A stretch of DNA of 64,000 nt from Macrostomum lignano (Eukaryota), in assembly GCA_002269645.1 (NCBI GenBank), contig NIVC01001446.1, forward strand, positions 224,579-288,578, in the 5' to 3' direction. The position numbers and the translations under genes are program-made. The notes beneath the pieces were generated by a model that worked only from the letters and a program-made list of their open reading frames with translations, searched no databases and was not told where the DNA came from. Shown here in pieces: positions 1 through 10,767 of the stretch (the stretch's first letter is position 1; every line of letters begins with the position of its first letter).

Positions 1-3000
1 TGACGTGGCCGTCGGCGGCGGCCAGAAGCCGGTCGCCGATCTCCGGTCTGACGGCGAGGCCGGCGCTGGCAGCCCAGTAGCGGAGACCGTCGGGCCCGTG
101 ACGGAGGATCACCTGGGCAGTGGGTTGGACGGGTGGATATTGGGGTAGACAGTGGGGTAGATGACCGGGCAGATACTGGGGTAGACAGTGGGGTAGATGA
201 CCGGCTGGATATTGGGGTAGACAATGGGGTAGATGACCAGCTGGATATTGGGGTAGACAATGGGGTAGATAACCGGGCGGATATTGGGGTAGACAGTGGG
301 GTAGATGACCGGGCGGATATTGGGGTAGACAGTGGGGTAGATGACCGGGCGGATATTGGGGTAGACTGTGAGGTAGATGACCGGGCGGATATTGGGGTAG
401 ACTGTGAGGTAGATGACCGGGCGGATATTGGGGTAAACTGTGAGGTAGATAACCGGGCGGATAATGGGGTAGACTGTGAGGTAGATGACCGGGCGGATAT
501 TGGGGTAGACAGTGGGGTAGATGACCGGGCGGATATTGGGGTAAACAGTGGGGTAGATGACCGGGCGGATATTGGGGTAGACTGTGAGGTAGATGACCGG
601 GCGGATATTGGGGTAGACTGTGAGGTAGATGACCGGGCGGATATTGGGATCCCGAATTATTCAGTAGAATGATGAAGAATTACTTAAAGATGCTTTTAGG
701 AAGAGATTCGAAAAAAATTAATTGAATTCAGTCAAAACGGAAATAGAAAAAAGCTTTCAAAAAGCACTGAAGCGCCAAAGGAGATTTTGCAGACACTCGA
801 AATGATAGACACAAGGCACAAACGCGGGATTCCGCACCTAAAAAGGAAGACGGGAAATGAAAAAAGGCGGGCTCAAAAGAGAGACTTATTCTTTTGAAAC
901 AGAAAACTTGCGCTGTCGGAGGCTGGAAACACAAAGGGAAAACAAACAAATCCCTTTCTCCTAAAAACTAAGCCTTCTTAGCTATCAGCTATTTATGCAA
1001 GATCACATCTTCCCCTGCCCATGTCTCCACCCTCCCCTGCCCGTGTCTCCATCCTCCCTGACCGTGTCTCCATCCTCCCCTGCCCGTGTCTCCATCCTCC
1101 CCTGACCGTGCCTCCACCCTCCCTGCCCGTGTCTCCACCCTCCCCTGCCCGTGCCTCCACCCTCCCCTGCCCGTGTCTCCACCCTCCCCTGCCCGTGTCT
1201 CCATCCTCCCCTGCCCGTGTCTCCATCCTCCCCTGACCGTGTCTCCATCCTCCCCTGACCGTGCCTCCACCCTCCCCTGCCCGTGTCTCCACCCTCCCCT
1301 GCCCGTGTCTCCATCCTCACCTGCCCGTGTCTCCACCCTCCCCTGCCCGTGTCTCCATCCTCACCTGCCCGTGTCTCCACCCTCCCCTGCCCGTGTCTCC
1401 ACCCTCCCCTGCCCGTGTCTCCACCCTCCCCTGCCCGTGTCTCCATCCTCCCCTGACCGTGTCTCCATCCTCCCCTGACCGTGCCTCCACCCTCCCCTGC
1501 CCGTGTCTCCACCCTCCCCTGCCCGTGTCTCCACCCTCCCCTGCCCGTGTCTCCATCCTCCCCTGCCCGTGTCTCCATCCTCCCCTGCCCGTGTCTCCAC
1601 CCTCCCCTGCCCGTGTCTCCATCCTCACCTGCCCGTGTCTCCATCCTCACCTGCCCGTGTCTCCACCCTCCCCTGCCCGTGTCTCCACCCTCCCCTGCCC
1701 GTGTCTCCACCCTCCCCTGCCCGTGTCTCCATCCTCCCCTGCCCGTGTCTCCACCCTCCCTGCCCGTGTCTCCACCCTCCCCTGCCCGTGTCTCCATCCT
1801 CCCCTGCCCGTGTCTCCACCCTCCCCTGCCCGTGTCTCCATCCTCCCCTGCCCGTGTCTCCATCCTCACCTGCCCGTGTCTCCACCCTCCCCTGCCCGTG
1901 TCTCCACCCTCCCCTGCCCGTGTCTCCACCCTCCCCTGCCCGTGTCTCCACCCTCCCCTGCCCGTGTCTCCACCCTCCCCTGCCCGTGTCTCCACCCTCC
2001 CCTGCCCGTGTCTCCACCCTCCCCTGCCCGTGTCTCCACCCTCCCCTGACCGTGTCTCCATCCTCCCCTGACCGTGTCTCCATCCTCCCCTGACCGTGCC
2101 TCCACCCTCCCCTGACCGTGTCTCCACCCTCCCCTGCCCGTGTCTCCACCCTCCCCTGCCCGTGTCTCCACCCTCCCCTGCCCGTGTCTCCACCCTCCCC
2201 TGCCCGTGTCTCCACCTCCCCTGACCGTGTCTCCATCCTCCCCTGACCGTGTCTCCATCCACCGTGCTCCACCCTGACCGTGCCTCCACCCTCCCCTGCC
2301 CGTCTCCAATCTCTCCTGGCCGTTCCCTGAATTTCACCCTCCCTTTTCTAATCTCACCCTCCCTTTTCTTCTAATCTCACTCTCCTTTTATAATCTCACT
2401 CAGTTTTCTAATCTCACCCAGTTTTCTAATCTCACTCAGTTTTCTAATCTCACCCAGTTTTCTAATCTCACCCCTTAATTTTCTAATCTTATCCTTTTTT
2501 CTAATCTCACCCTCCCTTGTCTAATCTCACACTGCCTTTTCGAATCACTCGAACCTTTTGATTATCTTATCACGTCTTGTGACAAGACGACAGGTGTTGT
2601 GAAAGCATCCCACACCCTCAACCCCCCGCTCCCATGTCCCCACCTGTTCCGGGTCCACCACGTTGCCAACAGACTTGGACATCTTCCTGCCGGTCTCGTC
2701 CACAGTGAAGCCGTGCACAGCCAGGCTCTTGTAAGGCGGCCGGCCAGTCAGAGCCACCGAGAGCAGCAGCGAGCTGGAGAACCAGCCGCGGAACTGGTCC
2801 TGACCTTCGACGCACAGCGACGCCTGACCGTCAGCGTCCAGGTCGCCCGCCTCGCCGGCCACCGCCCAGGAGAGGCCGCTGTCCATCCAGATGTCGAAGA
2901 TGTCGCCAGATTTCTTCAAGCGTCGATGGCGCAGCTCGGAGCTGCCGAATTTTTCGGCGAGTTGATCGGCCGAGAGTTCGAACCAGGAGTCGGCGCTGCC

Positions 3001-4879
3001 GGTCTCGGCGACGTGCTCGGCGAAGCGGCGAGTCAGCTGACTGTCGTAGACGGGGTCGCCGGTGGACTCTGGGAAAGTTGGATATCGCGGGGATGAGATT
3101 AGATGGATTGGAATGGGATTAGACGAAGTGGGAGGCGATTGAGATGTTGAAATGGAACTAGATGGTTGGGATGGGATCAGATGTAATGGGATAGGATTAG
3201 ATGGAATGGGATAGGATTAGATGGAATGGGATGGGATTAGATGGAATGGGATAGGATCAGATGGAATGGGATAGGATCAGATGGAATGGGATAGGATCAG
3301 ATGGAATGGGATAGGATTAGATGGAGTGGGATAGGATTAGATGGAATGGGATAGGATTAGATGGAATGGGATAGGATTCGATGTAATGGGATTGGATTAG
3401 ATGGAGTGGGATGGGATTAGATGTAATGGGATAGGATTAGATGGAATGGGATGGGATTAGATGGAATGGGATGGGATTAGATGTAATGGGATAGGATTAG
3501 ATGGAATGGGATGGGATCAGATGGAATGGGATGGGATTAGATGGAATGGGATTGGATTCGATGGAATGGGATAGGATTCGATGTAATGGGATTGGATTAG
3601 ATGGAATGGGATAGGATTCGATGTAATGGGATAGGATCAGATGGAGTGGGATAGGATTAGATGGAATGGGATAGGATTAGATGGAGTGGGATGAGATTAG
3701 ATGGAGTGGGATGAGATTAGATGGAGTGGGTTGAGATTAGATGGAGTGCGATGGGATTAGATGGAGTCAGAAGGGATTAGATGAGATGGGATTAAAAGGA
3801 ATCGGTTCGCAGAACTTGGCAACCTCGGCTATCCCAAACCCCCAGCGCACCGTCGTACAGCACTGGGATCGGCACTCCGTGCACCCGCTGCCGGCTGATG
3901 CACCAGTAGGGCCGGGCGGCCACGAAAGCCCGCATAGCGCCGGCCTCCCTGTCCGGCAGAATTCGGACAGTGTCCAGAGCGGTTAGTGCCCGGTCGCGCA
4001 GGCCGGCAGTGTCCAGAAACCACTGGCTGGAGGCGCGCAGCATCACAGGGCGGCCGGTGCGCCAGTCGTAGGGGTAGCTGTGCACCAGCGCCTCCGTGTG
4101 CGCCAGGAGGCTGCGCCGGCGCAGCAGGTCCAGCACGGCCCCGGACCCCTCCGTCAGGCAGTGCCGGCCGTTCAGCTCCTCCAGCGATTCGGACAGGCCG
4201 GGGCCGCCGAACCGGCCGGCCTCCGTTACCATGGAGACGAGGGGAAGTTTGAATTTGATGCCAAGTTGAAAATCCTCGCGGCCGTGCGCGGGGGCCACGT
4301 GCACCAGGCCGGTGCCCTTGTCCTCGGTCACGTGATCCGATGGCAGCACCGGGCACTCCGCGTTCTGCGGGTTCAAGAGGGGCCTGGCGATTAATGGCCA
4401 GCAGGAATTAGGATATCGACCCAGGCCTTTCCATATTGCCCCATAGCCTTCCCACACTGTCCCATAGCCTTCCCACACTGTCCCATAGCCTTCCCACACT
4501 GTCCCATAGCCTTCCCACACTGCCCAATAGCCTTCCCACACTGACCCATAGCCTTCCCACACTGTCCCATAGCCTTCCCACACTGTCCCATAGCCTTCCC
4601 ACACTGACCCATAGCCTTCCCACACTGTCCCATAGCCTTCCCACACTGACCCATAGCCTTCCCACACTGTCCCATAGCCTTCCCACACTGTCCCATAGCC
4701 TTCCCACACTGTCCCATAGCCTTCCAACACTGTCCCATAGCCTTCCCACACTGTCCCATAGCCTTCCCACACTGTCCCATAGCCTTGCCACCCGGAACCC
4801 ACACTGAACGGATGCCGGTAGGTCGCCCCAATCAGCGCATCGGCAGGGAACTCGGCCAGCGGTTCTCCGAGCTCGACGC

Positions 4880-4913
<34 letters not shown>

Positions 4914-7845
4914 GAAGCCGGGCCAGCTGGCTGCGACAACAACGGTCCGACCGTCTGGCAGACGGCGCAGCGAGTAGCGCATGCCGGGGCCCACAGCGAC
5001 AGCGGCGTTGGCCGGCAGAGTCCACGGCGTGGTGGTCCAAACCAGCAGGTGATGCCGCGGCTGCTGCTCCCCTCCCGAGTCTCTCAGAGCCTCAGGCGCC
5101 GACGCGTCGGCGGACAGCCGAATCAGCGGCATCAGGACGAAGGCGCTGTCCGACCGGTGATCGTCCCGATACACGAGCTCCGCCTCGGCCAGCGCAGTGG
5201 CCGAACTGTCCGACCAGTGGACGGGCAGGAAGCTGCGATAGACCAGTCCGAGACTGTGCAGCCGGTCGAACGCCAGCAGCTGACGGGCCACGTAGCCGGG
5301 CGATTTGGTCTCGTAGTGCTCAGCTGACGCGCTGAGGACGCCCCAGTGCTGAAATGCCAACCGTTGCTCTGCGATGCACTGGTCAGCGAATGCTCTGGGT
5401 GGGTGAGCAGACCGAGGTGAGATCCGTTTGTTAATTGTTAGTTCAGTTAGCGGAGGGCTTTGGCACTGCCGCAGATCAAGGCCCACAGAACAGGCAAGCA
5501 GTGCCCCTGAGCGCACGGTGTACATGGCACCCCTACACTTCTCCCCGAATCTCACCCCTACTCTTCCCGAATCTCACCCCTACTCTTCCCCGAATCTCAC
5601 CCCTACACTTCCCCGAATCTCACCCCTACACTTCCCCGAATCTCACCCCTACACTTCCCCGAATCTCACCCCTACACTTCCCGAATCTCACCCCTACACT
5701 TCTCCGAATCTCACCCCTACTCTTCACTGAATCTCACCCCTACACTTCTCCGAATCTCACCCCTACTCTTCACCGAATCTCACCCCTACACTTCCTCGAA
5801 TCTCACCCCTACACTTCCCCGAATCTCACCCCTACACTTCCCCGAATCTCACCCCTACACTTCCCCGAATCTCACCCCTACTCTTCACTGAATCTCACCC
5901 CTACACTTCTCCGAATCTCACCCCTACTCTTCCACGAATCTCACCCCTACTCTTCCCCGAATCTCACCCCTACACTTCCCCGAATCTCACCCCTACACTT
6001 CTCCGAATCTCACCCCTACACTTCTCCGAATCTCACCCCTACTCTTCACCGAATCTCACCCCTACACTTCCCCGAATCTCACCCCTACACTTCACCGAAT
6101 CTCACCCCTACACTTCTCCGAAGCTCACCCCTACTCTTCACCGAATCTCACCCCTACTCTTCCCCGAATCTCACCCCTACACTTCACCGAATCTCACCCC
6201 TACACTTCCCCGAATCTCACCCCTACACTTCCCCGAATCTCACCCCTACTCTTCACTGAATCTCACCCCTACACTTCTCCGAATCTCACCCCTACTCTTC
6301 CCCGAATCTCACCCCTACTCTTCCCCGAATCTCACCCCTACACTTCCCCGAATCTCACCCCTACACTTCTCCGAATCTCACCCCTACACTTCTCCGAATC
6401 TCACCCCTACTCTTCACCGAATCTCACCCCTACACTTCTCCGAATCTCACCCCTAAACTTCTCCGAATCTCACCCCTACTCTTCACCTAATCTCACCCTA
6501 CACTTCTCCCCGAATCTCACCTCTATACTTCTCCCCGAATCTCACCCTTTTCACCGAAGTTGTAATTGTTGGTGTTGTGATTGTTGGTGTTGTGATGGTG
6601 TTGTAATTGTTGGTGTTGTGATTGTTGTTACTGTTGGGTTGTTGTTACTGTTGGTTTGTTGCCAGTGTTGGTGTTGTGATTGTTGGTGCTGTGATTGTTA
6701 ATGTTGTGATTGTTCAAAATGTCTATGGTAATTTACGTTAAGGCAATGACATTCAAGCAACGACCGGTCATTTTTTGAAATTGACAATAGAGCAATTTAC
6801 CGGGATATCATTTTAGAAAACGAACGAGTCCATGAGCGTAAAATAAAATAGTCTATGGTTGTAAGTGGGGCTTCGCGCCCACACCCCCACTCCCCTTTCC
6901 CACTCGGATCCTGGTGGACAAATTGACCAATAAAGTTAGCTGGAAGTGAGAAAATATGGTTTGTAATGGCCATAGACACGATATAGCCATAGTCACTAGT
7001 ATCTATGGCCATTACCATGAATTCTCACTTCCAGACAACCCCCTTATTGTTGTTTTCGTCATTGTTGGTGTTGTGATTGTTGGGTTGTCATTTTTGTTCT
7101 TGTTGAATAGCTGCTGTTTCTACTGTTGTCTTGGACTCGCTCGCGTACATACATGTGTGTAAAGCTTATTCATTATCCTAAGTTGTACAAGTGGCGTCCC
7201 AAAGTATTGAATCACTTTGACAGTTAATCATTTTTATCGTCTAAGCGTACTGTCTTTCCTCCGCACATGTAATTCAATTCAAGGGAAATCTGACTACCAA
7301 AAGCTAGGTAAAAAATAAGGAGATTTCGGAGCGTAGATTACTCCCTAGAGATACTCAGTGATGAGATACACAACCAATATCACTTTCGTCGCTGAGCTAA
7401 CCTTGCCCTTTGACGAATCTGATTGGCTGGCGAACAATCAGCAGCAGGTTCGGCAGAATCGCTTCCAGCAGCTGACTGAGTCGGCTTCGCTTTGAGCTCG
7501 ATTGGCAGCCCGTGACAGTCCCAGCCTAGCCGAAACCGAACCTGCCGGCCGCGCAAAAGCTGGTAGCGACTCACTGAGTCCTTCAACACCTTGTTGAGCG
7601 CGTGTCCAACGTGCGGCTTACCGTTGGCGTAGGGCGGGCCGTCGTGCAGGCTGAAAACTTGGCGCGGCCGCCCATCTCTCAGCTGCCAGGCGTAGGCCTC
7701 GGCCCATAGACGACGCAGCCGCTCGGCGTGCTCGGACTGCGAGCCGGCCGCCTAACCGGGATGGCAAATTTGGGCAGGTTCAGCGACGCCGATAGCTCAT
7801 GGCTTGGCCGGTAGCGCCTGAAGCGTTTTAACAATAGTACGGGTC
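1..7845 (-). CDS. IARS2: Mitochondrial (bacterial-type, type 1) isoleucyl-tRNA synthetase, multi-exon, 3' end outside window
   Basis: Hand-spliced exons (GT-AG, phases consistent): ~7845-7402, 5394-4803, 4364-3851, 3068-2644, 112-<1. Motifs [16 protein letters not shown] (HIGH), [58 protein letters not shown] (KMSKS), [10 protein letters not shown]. One frameshift near 7750 is repaired by adding one G. Start codon not resolved. Confidence 0.93.
136..650. repeat. 36-bp minisatellite (~14 copies), IARS2 intron 4
   Basis: GGATATTGGGGTAGACAGTGGGGTAGATGACCGGGC repeated; 12-aa periodicity in the ORF track. Confidence 0.95.
1010..2305. repeat. 22-bp minisatellite, G-rich on the IARS2 sense strand (G4-prone)
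   Basis: CCTCCCCTGCCCGTGTCTCCAC repeated ~58x. Confidence 0.97.
2330..2535. repeat. ~19-bp degenerate repeat (TTTTCTAATCTCACCC core)
   Basis: Direct inspection. Confidence 0.85.
3095..3795. repeat. 20-bp minisatellite, IARS2 intron 3
   Basis: ATGGAATGGGATAGGATTAG repeated. Confidence 0.95.
4430..4790. repeat. 21-bp minisatellite, IARS2 intron 2
   Basis: CCCATAGCCTTCCCACACTGT repeated ~17x. Confidence 0.96.
5530..6550. repeat. 23-24-bp minisatellite, IARS2 intron 1
   Basis: GAATCTCACCCCTACACTTC(C/T)CC repeated. Confidence 0.96.
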
Positions 7846-8309
7846 AAATATCCGTATAAACCGTTATAAGAGGTTGCAGCTCACAATCCATGAGCTTTCC
7901 AACCGCTGAATGGCTGTTTGTTTCAATTATTTACAATTTCTTTAAACCACTGATTCTAATCTATTATAGCCTCCTAAGCATGGCCAGAGAAGATTTTAAA
8001 GAGAAAGGATCACGCGAGAATTGTTTTCGGTGCAGAAAGAAATAATGTACGTTCGTCCTAGCGCTAGATAATGTACATAGGCAAGATAGTTCAGCCACTG
8101 ATAGCGAGTCAAGACAATAAGGATAAAAGTGGGTAGAGAATTGACTGGACAGAAAGAATAGGAATTTGTTTAAGGGTTTAGGGTCCAAGCTAGTTGAACC
8201 TCTGATTGCGAGTCTAGACTGAATTATAATAGCCAATAGGAACTGGTTAAGGGTAAGAGTTTGCACTAAATAGCGATTTTGGGCAATAAAATCGGGGTTG
8301 GCCACAAAG

Positions 8310-9205
8310 TTCAAACAGCCAATAGGAATTGGTTAGGGGTAGAGCAGTGACTGCGGTATGAAATTCTAACAGCCAATAGGAATTGGTTAGGGGTAGAGTA
8401 GTGACTGTGGTATGGAATTCAAACAGCCAATAGGAATTGGTTAGGGGTAGAGTAGTGACTGCGGTATGGAATTCAAGCAGCCAATAGGAATTGGTTAGGG
8501 GTAGAGCAGTGACTGCGGTATAGAATTCAAACAGCCAATAGGAATTGGTTAGGGGTAGAGCAGTGACTGCGGTATAGAATTCAAACAGCCAATAGGAATT
8601 GGTTAGGGGTAGAGCAGTGACTGCGGCATAGAATTCAAGCAGCCAATATGAATTGGTTAGGGGTAGAGCAGTGACTGCGGCATAGAATTCAAGCAGCCAA
8701 TGGGAATTGGTTAGGGGTAGAGTAGTGACTGCGGTATGGAATTCAAACAGCCAATAGGAATTGGTTAGGGGTAGAGCAGTGACTGCGGCATAGAATTTAA
8801 GCAGCCAATGGGAATTGGTTAGGGGTAGAGTAGTGACTGCGGTATGGAATTCAAACAGCCAATAGGAATTGGTTAGGGGTAGAGCAGTGACTGCGGCATA
8901 GAATTCAAGCAGCCAATATGAATTGGTTAGGGGTAGAGCAGTGACTGCGGCATAGAATTCAAGCAGCCAATGGGAATTGGTTAGGGGTAGAGTAGTGACT
9001 GCGGTATGGAATTCAAACAGCCAATAGGAATTGGTTAGGGGTAGAGCAGTGACTGCGGCATAGAATTTAAGCAGCCAATGGGAATTGGTTAGGGGTAGAG
9101 CAGTGACTGCGGCATAGAATTTAAGCAGCCAATGGGAATTGGTTAGGGGTAGAGTAGTGACTGCGGTATGGAATTCAAACAGCCAATAGGAATTGGTTAG
9201 GGGGG
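8310..9205. repeat. 54-bp intergenic minisatellite upstream of IARS2
   Basis: CAGCCAATAGGAATTGGTTAGGGGTAGAGCAGTGACTGCGGTATAGAATTCAAA x~16. Confidence 0.97.
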
Positions 9206-10767
9206 AATAAGTATAGGACGACCTTTACTAGAAAGGCTAGACCACTATATAAATTCCAAGGAAAGATAAAATTTAAATTATTCGAAAAAGTACAAAGCCA
9301 AAACACAAAACATTGATATTGCTTCGCTTACTAAACAAGCAATCATTAGCGCGGATAATTAGCTGATCAATAATTATGGTTAATTATAAATTTTATTAGT
9401 CCTTTAACATGGTATCAATAAACGCGTTAAAACTGTTAACAAAACGAGTGTGCACTAGAGGGCAAGTTGAAAAGTATTATAAAAGAGACTAGAACAGATT
9501 ACAGCTGCGCAAATGATTAAAACAAAATCAACAAAAAACTGTCTGGAGTGCATAAACTGTAAGATAAATTGGAAACACAAAGAGATACGAGGGAATATAT
9601 TGGATAATTGCATAGGGCCATCACACTAATTTACTGCTGTTAAAACTATAAAACAGATTTTGCAAGGACAACTGCAGATGTAGTGGCTACATTGCAATCA
9701 ATAAACGGCAAAGCAAACTTAAAAACAGATGCTAAAGAACGACTTTTCAAATGGTTATGTTATTTTTAATAGTTAGAAAGCAAGCCGAAAACGCTCTAAA
9801 AGCTTGATTTTATACGCTTTTAATATTGTTGCGACTTCGAGATAACGCAAAAGTGCAAAATTTCAACAATATTTAGTAATAAAAATGTGAGGACATTATA
9901 AAAAATGCGACTAGATTCTAGAAATGTCTTCGCACTACAATCTATTTGACTGATAAGGAGAAGCAAGCAAAACAAAAGGTTTGCTAATTAATATTATGCA
10001 GATAAAGCCTGTGAGATTTATTATAAGGAGGAATGGAAATACAGAGTATAAAAGGTGCCACATCTCTACGAGCGTACTTGCAGTAGTGTAGGCGCGCTGA
10101 ATAAAGAATGTTGAACAAAGTTTGACAAAGGTAAACTATCAAAATAAATTTTGTCAAAGAATTGTAGAAAACCTGATGGACAAACTTTGTCAAACTTTGT
10201 TAAATATCACAAAAATATCATCACAGACTTTTAATGTCGTAGACAAAACAAAATTTATTATTAAAAATTCGAAACTTGTGAAACTAAACAGTCTTAATTA
10301 TTAATAGCCATACAGCTTTAAACTCCCTCAATCTGTGCCTACCCCAAGGGGGTTAGATAGCTAGTTTGCCATACTATTTTTATACGCTAATTTAAGGATT
10401 AAAAATCATTTTATTCTACTAACAGTAGCGCTAAATGAATCGAAAAACACTTTACCAATAGAAACTACTAAATAAAATTTCCGCCTTTGTTGTTATTCCT
10501 GTTGCATAGATAATTAAACGGGAACTGCACACACACGTAAGTGAGTAGATGAGTTGAGTAAGACTTTGACTGAATTAATGCCTAAGACGCTACATAATAA
10601 TAAAAAAACGCGACACAAACGAACACTAAATTATTCGCTTGACTTATAATAATAAGATTAATAACACAAGTAGAGCCTTCAGTTTAGTATTTCATTAGAG
10701 AACATTGAAAATCTCTCGAAATCCCATCTTCTATTTCTGTTCCAGACATGCCTGCAGGTGGGCGACA

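Noticed and set aside
3792-5555. 587-aa ORF as a stand-alone bacterial ileS or horizontal transfer
   Set aside because: It is two exons plus an in-frame intron of a spliced nuclear gene for the mitochondrial enzyme.
7740-7760. Programmed frameshifting in IARS2 or CXXC1
   Set aside because: No slippery heptamer or stimulatory structure; each lesion is a one-base loss in a short homopolymer, typical of assembly error.
8330-8340. Telomeric repeat (TTAGGG) tract
   Set aside because: A single TTAGGGG per 54-bp unit, not a tandem telomere array.
8310-9205. CRISPR-like regular repeats (also 24810-25390, 27778-28622, 42030-42405)
   Set aside because: Head-to-tail units with no unique spacers, no cas genes, and a eukaryotic context.
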